NCBI GenBank assembly: GCA_965203965.1
Contig: CBDBDR010000017.1
Coordinates: 1,376,001 to 1,440,000 of the forward strand
DNA from: Thermodesulfobacteriota bacterium
Lineage (GTDB): Bacteria; Desulfobacterota_D; UBA1144; Nemesobacterales; JAJCZQ01
DNA length: 64,000 nucleotides
Direction of reading: 5' to 3'
Within the stretch, counting starts at the first letter, position 1. Each line of letters opens with the position of its first letter. Below the pieces are notes generated by a model. It saw nothing but the letters and a program-made list of their open reading frames with translations. It did no database searches and had not been told where the DNA came from. A program made the translations under genes and the position numbers. Shown here in pieces: positions 42,562-51,731 of the stretch.

Positions 42562-43774
42562 CCTCTTTCCTCATAACTTTTCCCCCAATTTTAATTATGT
42601 GTTCTCTGTAATCAGAATTAGCTTCAAAAAATGTATTTACGTTCACACCATTTTTTACCACGCTTATAGGCACGGTGTATTCTTTGTTTTGAATTTTTTT
42701 AAAAAGAAGGAAATCAGAAACACCTTTGGGGTTGGTGATAACCTCTCCTTTCTCAACTATATCTTGAATTTTTGCAAGGTCTGCGGAGGTTATTTCTTTG
42801 TGTTTCTTTCTTATATGTTTTGCAGTGTTGCTGTGCAACAAAACTGCCTTATTTTCTGCCCCTATTATTTTTGAGGTGGCAGGGTCTACCACTGCCACTG
42901 CAAACTTGCCTCCGATCCTGCCTTCAAAAAACAAATTAGCGTTAGGGCTGGAAGCAATGTTTGTGGCAAAGTGCCTTGCCGTGGGATAGTCATATTTATT
43001 TAAATCAGGTTGATAAGTAGCTTTGTAGGGATTAAAGCCAAAGCTGGCGTGAGGCAACACTACTTTGCCAGTAGGAAGGCGGTATCCGGTAAGGTTTACG
43101 CTCTTTGGGTTGTTGACAGTGCCAATTTCAACCTTGCTTCTCACCAGCTTGCCTTTTGAACTGCTAACCTCCCATTCTCTGCTGGTTATCTGTTTTTGGG
43201 TCAACGTCCGTTTGTTACAACGGCAGTTGTAATCCAGCGGTGGAGTAAAAGTGTTCCAGAAAGGATCATCAACCGGAAATATACTGCCGTCAAGCTCAGC
43301 GTGGCTTTCCCGAGTGCGGGAATCATGCAGTGCGATAAATTGGGCAAAAGGACGGCGCTTTTTATTTTTCTCAATAGACGCTTCCCTGCCCACAGCATAG
43401 GCAGATAGTAGGTTTGTGCGATAGATAGTCTTTAAGCGGTGCGGGGGAAATCTCTCGGCAAGTATCTCTCCTGTTTTGAGGTCGGCAATTTGCTTCTTGC
43501 CGTCCCAACCCTTATTTTCCAGAACTCCGCCGAGCTCGTTTTTGAATTGGCGAAAAGTCTTGCCATCGGTCAAAGCCCCGTCAAGTGCCGTTTTTATATC
43601 TTTCAGCAGGTCTATTTTTGCGACATTTGCAACGGTGAAAACGTGTGCATGAGCTTCGCCAAGCACCTCACGCCAACCACGCGAGACCTTGTATTGCCTT
43701 GATCTTAGGTAATTAACTGCCTGCTCGGGCGTCCTTCTGAACATGAAGTTCAAGTTAATTGTTTTCGGGGGCAT
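42554..43774 (-). CDS. Phage Mu F-like (MuF/gp30) head morphogenesis protein with C-terminal putative BECR-fold nuclease extension
   Basis: RLKTIYRTN, DSRTRESH..LDG..FPVDDPFW..PPLDYNCRC; C-terminal KHIRKKHKEIT..DL..I..IVEKG segment. Confidence 0.88.
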   Translation of the reverse strand: MPPKTINLNFMFRRTPEQAVNYLRSRQYKVSRGWREVLGEAHAHVFTVANVAKIDLLKDIKTALDGALTDGKTFRQFKNELGGVLENKGWDGKKQIADLKTGEILAERFPPHRLKTIYRTNLLSAYAVGREASIEKNKKRRPFAQFIALHDSRTRESHAELDGSIFPVDDPFWNTFTPPLDYNCRCNKRTLTQKQITSREWEVSSSKGKLVRSKVEIGTVNNPKSVNLTGYRLPTGKVVLPHASFGFNPYKATYQPDLNKYDYPTARHFATNIASSPNANLFFEGRIGGKFAVAVVDPATSKIIGAENKAVLLHSNTAKHIRKKHKEITSADLAKIQDIVEKGEVITNPKGVSDFLLFKKIQNKEYTVPISVVKNGVNVNTFFEANSDYREHIIKIGGKVMRKEEN

Positions 43775-44039
43775 TGCTTATCTCTCCCCATAGGCGGGCT
43801 ATTGCCCATTTGTTTTCAAGAATTTTTGCTATCTTTTTGGTATCAATGTCGGAATAAGCAGCGTCAAGTTTTTCCGCAAACTCTTTGTAATTTTTACTTT
43901 CTTCTGCAAGATCAATGACCGTCTGGAGCAGTGCCTGCGATTGCTCCAGCAGCTCGTCGTCGGAAGCAGTGCCGACTTCTGCGACGTCGTCAGGGTCGTC
44001 GCCCTCGGCGAATTCAGGGTTATTGTTTGATGGGGGTGG
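43755..44039 (-). pseudogene. C-terminal fragment of Mu-like portal protein (DUF935/gp29)
   Basis: Startless frame ...PEFAE...VIDLAEESKNYKEFAEKLDAAYSDIDTKKIAKIL...ARLWGE; overlaps MuF start as in Mu gene order. Confidence 0.7.
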
Positions 44040-44046
44040 TTAATAA

Positions 44047-44130
44047 CAAGGTGGCCAACTGCTTAAATACATCCTGCTTCACATTCCAGAACACAAGCAT
44101 TACGTTGAGGTCTTTAGCGGTAAGAGGTAA
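44047..44130 (+). pseudogene. N-terminal fragment of Dam-like DNA adenine methyltransferase
   Basis: QGGQLLKYILLHIPEHKHYVEVFSGKR* resembles the GGK..L...I...IPEH..YVEPF.G start of D12-class methylases. Confidence 0.6.
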
Positions 44131-44349
44131 AAATTTTGGCGGAATTATTGACGCTTTAAATGGGATTTAAACGGGATTTAGACGGTGTTTAACAAGGGAT
44201 TAGTTCCGCCTTACAAAAAATGATCGAAAATAGAAAAGTAGTGTAGATATCTAACGAACCTAATCCTTTTTTAACATTGACTTTTTTACTTTCAGTCAGT
44301 CAGTTTTCAGTTTTTTATCCCATTGTGCCATTTTAGTTATCCCGTTATA

Positions 44350-44460
44350 GTTGTAGATAGGATTTGCCACCATATCCTGCATCTTCATCTAAGACGACCT
44401 ACTAATTTCTACTGTTGTAGATCGGGATCATCTTAGACCTATTTTTTTACTGTTGTAGAT
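44350..44460 (+). CRISPR. Degenerate type V-A (Cas12a) CRISPR mini-array / trailer remnant
   Basis: Full 36-nt repeat ATCTAAGACGACCTACTAATTTCTACTGTTGTAGAT (44387-44422), partial GTTGTAGAT (44350-58), degenerate copy 44430-60; 28-nt and 7-nt spacers. Confidence 0.8.
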
Positions 44461-44467
44461 TATCCAA

Positions 44468-44496
44468 TTGACAGTAGTTACTATTGTTGTTACTTT
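44468..44496 (+). promoter_or_regulatory. Sigma70 promoter of tatA
   Basis: TTGACA-17 nt-TACTTT just upstream of tatA. Confidence 0.6.
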
Positions 44497-44513
44497 AATC
44501 ATACAGGTGCAAA

Positions 44514-44753
44514 ATGTTCGGTTCCTTTGGCGCGTTAGAGTTAGTAATAGTTTTAGTGATCCTTCTTTTGATCTTTGGTCCCAGTAGGCTGGGTGAGATA
44601 GGGTCTTCTCTTGGTAAAGGAATAAAAGGATTTAGAAGATCATTAAAGGATGATGAGATTGATACTGCATCAGCACGGAAAGAAAAGGCATCTGATACTG
44701 AGGTTGAAGTTTTTTCAGCTCCTAAAAGATCCGACGATCAACAACCTAAATAA
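44514..44753 (+). CDS. tatA: Twin-arginine translocase TatA/TatE
   Basis: ELVIVLVILLLIFGPSRL.EIG.SLGKGIKGFRR. Confidence 0.93.
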   Translation: MFGSFGALELVIVLVILLLIFGPSRLGEIGSSLGKGIKGFRRSLKDDEIDTASARKEKASDTEVEVFSAPKRSDDQQPK

Positions 44754-44763
44754 TACGTATCAA

Positions 44764-45189
44764 CTATTCGGATTTTTCAGCTAACTCCACTAACACACCA
44801 TTCATAGAAGAAGGGTGAATAAAAGCGACCTTTATCTTGTCTGCTCCTATTCTTGGTTTCTCGTCTATAAGCCTTACGCCTTTATTTTTAAGCTCGTTCA
44901 ATCTGGCTTGCAAATCGTCAACGTAAAAGCATATATGGTGTATTCCCTCGCCCCTTTTGTCCAAGAAGTTGGCGATCGGTGAGTTTTCTCCGGTCGGTTC
45001 AATAAGTTCAATTGCCGTTCCACTACCGCTTGTAGGTTGAAGCATTGCGGCACGGACTCCCTGTTCGGGGATCTCTTCCTTATGAGTGGTTTTCAAGCCG
45101 ATTGTGTCATTGAATATTTTTTCTGCTGTATCAAGGTCTTTGACCGCTATTGCAATGTGATAAAGACTGCCGTTCTCATATACATTCAT
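44764..45189 (-). CDS. mce: Methylmalonyl-CoA epimerase
   Basis: HIAIAV, IELIEP, FLDKRGEGIHHI, FIHP..MNGVLVEL. Confidence 0.9.
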   Translation of the reverse strand: MNVYENGSLYHIAIAVKDLDTAEKIFNDTIGLKTTHKEEIPEQGVRAAMLQPTSGSGTAIELIEPTGENSPIANFLDKRGEGIHHICFYVDDLQARLNELKNKGVRLIDEKPRIGADKIKVAFIHPSSMNGVLVELAEKSE

Positions 45190-45199
45190 ACCTGCACCA

Positions 45200-45958
45200 T
45201 TAGGGTTTTTCTTCAATTTTTAAATGTAACACCTGCTCCGTTTTTCCACCGTCACCATCTTCTACCATGATAATGACGTTGTATTTCCCCCCGGCTTTAC
45301 CCTTCTTGTATTGCCACTTTATCTCTCCAGTGTCTGAGATACTCATGCCTTCCGGTGGATCTTTGAGCGAGTAGGTCAGCACGTCTTCATCTGGATCCGT
45401 TGCCTCAACCTGATAAGTAAACTCTTCATTAGTCGATGGGCCAGTCGGTTGGGATATGATCTTAGGGGGAGAATTTGGGATCTTCATAGTTACGTCATAT
45501 ATCAGGATACTTTCTCCCTCTTCCGTATAAGGAATGACCTCAACCGTGATCTTGTCGCCTTTTGTAAAGCTATTTGACCATTCTAGTTTGTTTGCGTCTT
45601 CGCCGTATATTTCATCGCCGTTATGTTTCCACTTGTATAAATAGTTTAGTGTGTCGCTATCTGTGCTATCAGTATTTACCACAGTTGCTCTGAAACCATC
45701 CCTGGTGTTGCCGGATATGGTTTCGATTTTGACGGATTTTATGGGAATAAGTTGCTTTGGAGACTTAGGGTCATATTCCGTGTATGGTTCATTATTAGCT
45801 TCTTTATGGACGGTTTCGGTTTCCATACCAATATTGGTGGTAGTTTTTTCCGGTCTAACATACGGTTGTTCCGTTCTGTTTTCATCCGAGCTACTAAAAG
45901 TTGTGTATAGAATAATTATTAAGGCTATGACTGCGACTATATAAGCAAATTTTTTCAT
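45200..45958 (-). CDS. Membrane-anchored protein with putative Ig/cadherin-like domain
   Basis: N-terminal TM; NSPPKI, YQVEATDPDEDVLTYSL..PPEGMSI..TGEIKW. Confidence 0.75.
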   Translation of the reverse strand: MKKFAYIVAVIALIIILYTTFSSSDENRTEQPYVRPEKTTTNIGMETETVHKEANNEPYTEYDPKSPKQLIPIKSVKIETISGNTRDGFRATVVNTDSTDSDTLNYLYKWKHNGDEIYGEDANKLEWSNSFTKGDKITVEVIPYTEEGESILIYDVTMKIPNSPPKIISQPTGPSTNEEFTYQVEATDPDEDVLTYSLKDPPEGMSISDTGEIKWQYKKGKAGGKYNVIIMVEDGDGGKTEQVLHLKIEEKP

Positions 45959-45985
45959 TGGTATTTTGTTATTATGTTTCTCAGT

Positions 45986-47482
45986 TTACTTGGTGTTGAT
46001 GTCGTTATAGATTTTGAAATTGTGGTTACTTTTCAGAGAATCGTTAGCAACGAATTTGATCTTGATTCCCGTTTTGCTTTCCAGATCTGAAAGGTTGTGT
46101 TTTTCTGATTCGGTTATGTAACTGATTATATCATCAGCCGCTTCAATTGTGATATTGCCAGATCTCGGTTTTCTCAGATTTGATCTTACCTTCCTTATGA
46201 TCTCATATCCTATTGTCTGGACTGACTTGATCTTACCCAGTCCGTTACAGATTGTGCAGTTGTGGCTAAGAGTATTTAACAAACTTTCCCGTGATCTCTG
46301 ACGCGTTAATTGAACAACTGAAAACCGCGATATGTCCTGAACGGATATTTTTGCTTTGTCGTTTTTCAGGGCGTGTCTAAATGTTCGGTAGAAGCTGTCT
46401 TGGGACTTTTCATCTTGCACGTTGACAAAATCAATTACAATAATTCCCACAAGGTTCCTGAGCCTGATCTGTCTGGCTACTTCTTCCGCCGCCTCGGTAT
46501 TTATCTTTAGCAGGGTCTTTTCCTGATCCGAGACTCCTGTATATTTGCCCGTATTAACGTCAATTACCGTAAGACCTTCGGTTTCCTCTATTATCAGAAA
46601 ACCGCCTGAATCCAACCATACTTTCTTTTTGTATATATTCTCAATCTCACTTTCTATCTTGTATTTTTCAAAAAGGGGCTGTTTTTGTCTGTGCAAAGTG
46701 ACGTTGATCTTTTTCCCGTTGTGGTTATCGGATAGATATTCTTTTATCAATTCCTGCGTTTCCGGTGAATCAACAACTATTTTATTAGTGTCTTTGTTTA
46801 TCAAGTCTCTTGCAACCTTAAGTGTTAGGCACGGTGTTTCATATAGAAGATTGGGTTTTTTCCTGCTTTTGTATGATTTTAATATTTTTTTCCACGTTTC
46901 GGTGAGGTTTTTTATTTCTTTTACAATATCAGTTTTTTGAGCTTTTTCTGAGAACGTGCGTGCAATGAATCCGACGTTCTTTTGCTTATGAGCCTTTATG
47001 ATTTCAAGCAGCCTCTTCCTTTCCTTTTCGTTAGTTATCTTACGGGAAACCCCCAGCACGCTAAATGGAGCCACCAACACCACCAGTTTGCCGGGAATTG
47101 AAATATAAGAAGCCAGTTTTGGTCCTTTTGCTTTTACAGGTTCTTTGACAACCTGCACTATGACGCTCTGTCCTTCTGTAAGTCCGAGCTGTTCAAGACT
47201 GCCAGATGTTTTCAAGTCGGAATTCTCTTCTTCATCAATATATTCGGCAAGATACTTGGTATAGATATTTTTAAGGGAAATAAAGCCTGATTTTCCTGAA
47301 CCGATACTGACAAAAGCCGACCCCATGCCATTGATCACCTTTTCAACTCTGCCCTTGTATATGTTGCCTACGATCTGAGGCGCGGGATCCCGCTCAACGT
47401 GTATCTCGGCAAGCCGTTTGTTCTCGATCAAGGCGACCCGCGTTTCATTGAACGTGATATTTATTAAAATCTGGTTTTTCAT
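45986..47482 (-). CDS. rng: Ribonuclease E/G family protein
   Basis: VGNIYKGRV, IDVNTGKY, ARQIRLRN..GIIVIDF, C..C.G.G. Confidence 0.92.
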   Translation of the reverse strand: MKNQILINITFNETRVALIENKRLAEIHVERDPAPQIVGNIYKGRVEKVINGMGSAFVSIGSGKSGFISLKNIYTKYLAEYIDEEENSDLKTSGSLEQLGLTEGQSVIVQVVKEPVKAKGPKLASYISIPGKLVVLVAPFSVLGVSRKITNEKERKRLLEIIKAHKQKNVGFIARTFSEKAQKTDIVKEIKNLTETWKKILKSYKSRKKPNLLYETPCLTLKVARDLINKDTNKIVVDSPETQELIKEYLSDNHNGKKINVTLHRQKQPLFEKYKIESEIENIYKKKVWLDSGGFLIIEETEGLTVIDVNTGKYTGVSDQEKTLLKINTEAAEEVARQIRLRNLVGIIVIDFVNVQDEKSQDSFYRTFRHALKNDKAKISVQDISRFSVVQLTRQRSRESLLNTLSHNCTICNGLGKIKSVQTIGYEIIRKVRSNLRKPRSGNITIEAADDIISYITESEKHNLSDLESKTGIKIKFVANDSLKSNHNFKIYNDINTK

Positions 47483-47638
47483 AGAAGAGTTAAAAAGATC
47501 ATTTTACATAATTATAATATCTATATGATATACAAAAATTGTCAGCAGTTAAAACCACTTTTAAAACGAGTGGTTTATGTGTAAAATCCTGACAGGAGTA
47601 CCAGTATTCATAGCATTGGGTCAGGGAGGTTTGAAAAG

Positions 47639-48631
47639 ATGTTAAAAATCAGAACTTTGCTTGTAATATTTATGTTGGCTACCGTTTCCGTGGCGGAAGG
47701 TGGCACGACCGTATATATAATTAAAGAAGGGGATACTTTATCCAATCTTGCGGAGAGATTTTATGGGAAAGGGATTCTATGGCCTAAGATATGGAAGTCT
47801 AATCGTTACATTGATGATCCCGATCTAATTTACCCTAATGATCAACTCACGGTTATAAATCCTTATTCACCATCCGGTTTGCCGTTCGTGAAATTGGAGC
47901 CCGGAGTTGATTTGAAAACACTAAAGAATATAAAACCTCCCAATCCGATCTATTTTTATTCCTGGAGACAAAGCAGTGGTTTTGTTACAAAAGAGCGTTG
48001 GAAAAAGCTGGGTTCTATAGTTTCTTCTGAGATTCCCAAAATTCTTTTGGGCAAAGGTGATAGAGTTTATCTTAATTTAGGATCTGGTTCAGGAACACGC
48101 CCGGGTGACAAGTTCACCCTTTTCAGGGATTCTGCACTCGTTATTCATCCTCTTACCGGGAAAAAGGTCGGATACAAAGTGGCAAATATAGGTGAAGTTG
48201 AGATACTCAGCATTCTTGACAAGGATCTGTCATACGGCGTAATTACCGATTCATACAGGGAAATAACAAAAGGTGTAAGACTCAAGCCGGTGGTTCCTTA
48301 CGTCTCGGAAGTATTAATGAGAAAAGGAAAAACTCGAGTTGAGGGGGTTATACTGGAGTCCAAAAATGACACTAAGTTAAATGGTACAGGAAGTGTGGTT
48401 TATATTGACGTTGGCAAAAAAGACAACATAGTTGCGGGGCACACTTTTTCTATATTCCCATATCGTGGCAGAACGGCTTACGATCTTGAAAATAAAAAAA
48501 CAGTAAAGATACCAGGACGCAATATCGGGCAGTTGGTTGTTTTGAAGGCAGAGGAACACATCTCAACCGGCGTTATCACAAAAAGTTCCGGACAGGTTGA
48601 AAATGGTTATTTAGTTGTTTTGGATATATAA
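47639..48631 (+). CDS. LysM peptidoglycan-binding domain protein
   Basis: YIIKEGDTL..LA..FYG...WPKIWKSN..I.DPDLIYP. Confidence 0.88.
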   Translation: MLKIRTLLVIFMLATVSVAEGGTTVYIIKEGDTLSNLAERFYGKGILWPKIWKSNRYIDDPDLIYPNDQLTVINPYSPSGLPFVKLEPGVDLKTLKNIKPPNPIYFYSWRQSSGFVTKERWKKLGSIVSSEIPKILLGKGDRVYLNLGSGSGTRPGDKFTLFRDSALVIHPLTGKKVGYKVANIGEVEILSILDKDLSYGVITDSYREITKGVRLKPVVPYVSEVLMRKGKTRVEGVILESKNDTKLNGTGSVVYIDVGKKDNIVAGHTFSIFPYRGRTAYDLENKKTVKIPGRNIGQLVVLKAEEHISTGVITKSSGQVENGYLVVLDI

Positions 48632-48643
48632 ATTGGCAGTTCT

Positions 48644-49048
48644 TTATTGTCCGAGTTTGACTATGGTGTCGTACTCACTTTTTTTTAAGGGCATTACTGA
48701 CAGTCTTCCCTGCTTTATAAGTGCAACGTTTTTCAGTTCTTTGTTTGCTTTGATAGTTTTCAGGCTAACTGGTTTGTCTAAAGACGTGAGCGGTTTAAGG
48801 TCGGTTACAACCCATCTGTCGTCATCGGTGGTGGGGTCTTGATAAAATTCCCTTATTACTTCGGCTACACCTACTACCTCTAATCCTTTGTTACTGTGAT
48901 AAAAGAGAACTTTGTCGCCAATTTTCATCTCTTTTAAGTTGTTCCTTGCCTGATAGTTTCTCACGCCATCCCAATACGTCCAGCCGTCCCTTAAAAAGTC
49001 CTGCCATGAGTATTTGAATGGTTCGGATTTAACAAGCCAGTATTGCAT
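48644..49048 (-). CDS. EVE domain protein
   Basis: YWLVKSEP, WDGVRNYQARN, RLSVMP. Confidence 0.93.
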   Translation of the reverse strand: MQYWLVKSEPFKYSWQDFLRDGWTYWDGVRNYQARNNLKEMKIGDKVLFYHSNKGLEVVGVAEVIREFYQDPTTDDDRWVVTDLKPLTSLDKPVSLKTIKANKELKNVALIKQGRLSVMPLKKSEYDTIVKLGQ

Positions 49049-49162
49049 GCGGTTATTATATTAGTAGCCTTTCCCGTTTGCAAATCCGCCTTTCTATAGC
49101 AAGACTTTTCAGTATATTTATTGACTTGTTATTAATTTCTGAAGTTTTCTTAGAGGTTTTTT

Positions 49163-49885
49163 ATGGAGATAATTCCGGCAATTGATCTGAAAGATGGAAA
49201 ATGTGTCAGGTTGTTCAAGGGCGAGGAAGGAACCGAAACGGTATTTTCCACGGATCCACTTGAGACTGCTAAACAATGGGAAGCATGCGGCGCCAAGTGG
49301 ATACATTTAGTTGATCTTAACGGTGCATTTAAGGGAGTACCCGAAAATTTTGAGATCATTCGTGAAATCTCAAGACGTGCAGGATGTTCAATACAAGTAG
49401 GTGGTGGAATAAGGAACATTGAAACAGTTGATAAATATATGTCTGTTGGAGTTGAAAGGGTTATAATAGGAACCAAGGCTTTTACAGATGATCAATTTAT
49501 CAAGAAAGCCTGCGAGAAATACCCGGGGAAAATAGCCGTAGGCTTTGATACAAAAAGTGGTAAGATCGCCATAAAGGGATGGAAAGAGGTGCTTGACGTT
49601 AGCGCAAGTGAAGCAGTTGATAAATTGGAAGGTTTTGGCATCTGCATGTTTATAAATACAAGTGCCGATAGAGACGGTACAATGGAAGGTATAGACCCGA
49701 AGCCAATTAAGAAATTTATTGATCTATGTTCAAAGCCCGTTATTGCATCCGGCGGCGTTGCATCAATGGATGATATTCAAAAGCTCTCGGATTTGAACTC
49801 TCCCAAGTTATACGGGGTGATACTTGGCAGGTCGATCTATTCAGGCTCAATTGATCTCAGGGTAGCGATCAAAAGGTATAGTTGA
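49163..49885 (+). CDS. hisA: ProFAR isomerase
   Basis: [30 protein letters not shown]. Confidence 0.97.
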   Translation: MEIIPAIDLKDGKCVRLFKGEEGTETVFSTDPLETAKQWEACGAKWIHLVDLNGAFKGVPENFEIIREISRRAGCSIQVGGGIRNIETVDKYMSVGVERVIIGTKAFTDDQFIKKACEKYPGKIAVGFDTKSGKIAIKGWKEVLDVSASEAVDKLEGFGICMFINTSADRDGTMEGIDPKPIKKFIDLCSKPVIASGGVASMDDIQKLSDLNSPKLYGVILGRSIYSGSIDLRVAIKRYS

Positions 49886-50643
49886 TGATCTCAAAAAGAA
49901 TTATTCCCTGTCTGGACGTTAAAGACGGGAGAGTTGTTAAGGGCGTACAGTTTTTAAATCTCCGTGACGCGGGCGATCCAGTAAAGATCGCGAAAAAATA
50001 CAGCAAGCAAGGTGCCGATGAAATTACCTTTCTGGACATTACTGCTTCCCATGAGAACAGGGAGACCATGATAGACGTCGTTGAAAGAACCGCAAGTGAA
50101 GTATTTGTTCCTTTAGCCGTTGGTGGCGGGGTAAGGGTTCTTGATGACGTGAGAAATTTACTGCTTGCAGGTGCGGATAAGGTTGCCATAAATACCGCTG
50201 CGGTTAAACGTCCTCAGTTCATTAAAGATGCTGCTGAAAAATTTGGAAGCCAGTGTATCATTGTTGCGATCGATGCCCGATCAGAAGGGAGAGATAAGTG
50301 GACGGTATATACGCACGGCGGTAGAAATCCAACTGGAATAGATGCAGTTGAGTGGGCCGTTAAAATGGAGTCCTTGGGTGCTGGGGAGATATTGTTGACA
50401 AGCATGGACAAGGATGGAACAAAGGACGGTTATGATATAGAACTTACAAGGACAGTGTCAAGATCTTTGAACATACCGTTAATAGCGTCAGGTGGAGCTG
50501 GTAAAGTTGAACATTTAATGGATGCAATTAACTATGGTGAAGCCGATGCCGTTCTCTGTGCATCCGTGTTCCACTATGGAGAGTTCACGATCCCAGAGGT
50601 AAAAGAGCTCCTGAAATCAAAGGGTATATTGACAAGAATTTAA
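49885..50643 (+). CDS. hisF: Imidazole glycerol phosphate synthase cyclase subunit
   Basis: [27 protein letters not shown]. Confidence 0.98.
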   Translation: MISKRIIPCLDVKDGRVVKGVQFLNLRDAGDPVKIAKKYSKQGADEITFLDITASHENRETMIDVVERTASEVFVPLAVGGGVRVLDDVRNLLLAGADKVAINTAAVKRPQFIKDAAEKFGSQCIIVAIDARSEGRDKWTVYTHGGRNPTGIDAVEWAVKMESLGAGEILLTSMDKDGTKDGYDIELTRTVSRSLNIPLIASGGAGKVEHLMDAINYGEADAVLCASVFHYGEFTIPEVKELLKSKGILTRI

Positions 50644-50652
50644 GAGCATTTT

Positions 50653-51690
50653 ATGAAGATCAGAGAACAATATCAGAAGATTGAAAGACAAATACTGTCT
50701 CCTTTTGCCGTGCTAAGCTCTGAATCAAGGGGAAGGCAAGTAACCGAGGATCCATGCGAAATAAGAACGCCTTTTCAGCGGGACAGGGATAGGATAGTTC
50801 ATTGCAAGTCGTTTAGAAGAATGAAACACAAAACGCAAGTGTTCCTTTCTTCTACAAACGATCATTACAGGACACGATTAACACATGTTATAGAGGTTTC
50901 TCAGATTGCAAGGACGATATCAAGGGCATTAAAGTTAAATGAAGATCTTACTGAAGCCATAGCACTTGGGCACGATTTGGGACACACTCCTTTTGGACAC
51001 GTGGGGGAGTCGGTCTTGAACGAGATATACCCAGAAGGCTTCAAGCACGTGGAGCAAAGCCTCAGGGTCATTGACGTTTTAGAGAACGATGGGAAGGGGC
51101 TTAACCTTACTTACGAAGTGAGAGATGGGATAGCCAAGCACTCAAAAGGTAGAGGTCCTGTGGATGCTCCGGACTGCGTGCCTGCTACAATGGAAGGTCA
51201 AGTCGTCAGAGTATCGGATCTGGTCGCTTATGCTAACCATGATCTGGATGATGCTATCAGGTCTGGAATTATTACATTGAGCGACGTTCCAGATGAATAT
51301 ATAGGTTTTCTGGGCAAAACAAGTTCCAAAAGGGTGAACAAGATGGTTACGGACATAATTTGTGAAACAACGAGCTCAAATGGAAGAAAGGTTTTAATAA
51401 GTGAGGAGCTTGAAGGCATAATGGAAGGGTTAAAGGAGTATCTTTTTAAAGCGGTTTATTTGAGTGATAAAGTAAGGAACAGTTTTGACGAAGCTAAAAG
51501 AATTGTAAAAGAGCTCTATTATTATTTTTACGATAATAAAGAAACTTTTCGAAAACTCTACGGAAAACAGCCAATTAAGGGTGAGAGATTGGAAAGAGAG
51601 ATATGTGATTTTATTGCTGGTATGACCGATCCATACACCATTGATCTATATTACAATTTATTCCCTGATAGACAGCGAGGGATTGACTAA
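50653..51690 (+). CDS. dgt: Deoxyguanosinetriphosphate triphosphohydrolase
   Basis: FQRDRDRI, KTQVF, RTRLTH, GHDLGHTPFGH, IAGMTD. Confidence 0.94.
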   Translation: MKIREQYQKIERQILSPFAVLSSESRGRQVTEDPCEIRTPFQRDRDRIVHCKSFRRMKHKTQVFLSSTNDHYRTRLTHVIEVSQIARTISRALKLNEDLTEAIALGHDLGHTPFGHVGESVLNEIYPEGFKHVEQSLRVIDVLENDGKGLNLTYEVRDGIAKHSKGRGPVDAPDCVPATMEGQVVRVSDLVAYANHDLDDAIRSGIITLSDVPDEYIGFLGKTSSKRVNKMVTDIICETTSSNGRKVLISEELEGIMEGLKEYLFKAVYLSDKVRNSFDEAKRIVKELYYYFYDNKETFRKLYGKQPIKGERLEREICDFIAGMTDPYTIDLYYNLFPDRQRGID

Positions 51691-51731
51691 ACGTTTAACA
51701 AAGCTGATCGTTCGGCTTAAAGGAGTATGTT

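Larger units (their letters stand above)
42554..44349. mobile_element. Collapsed Mu-like prophage remnant
   Basis: MuF, portal fragment, dam fragment and candidate end with TTATCCC repeats; boundaries approximate. Confidence 0.65.

Noticed and set aside
44359..44386. Self-targeting by the 28-nt spacer
   Set aside because: No matching protospacer noticed in this window by eye; needs a real search
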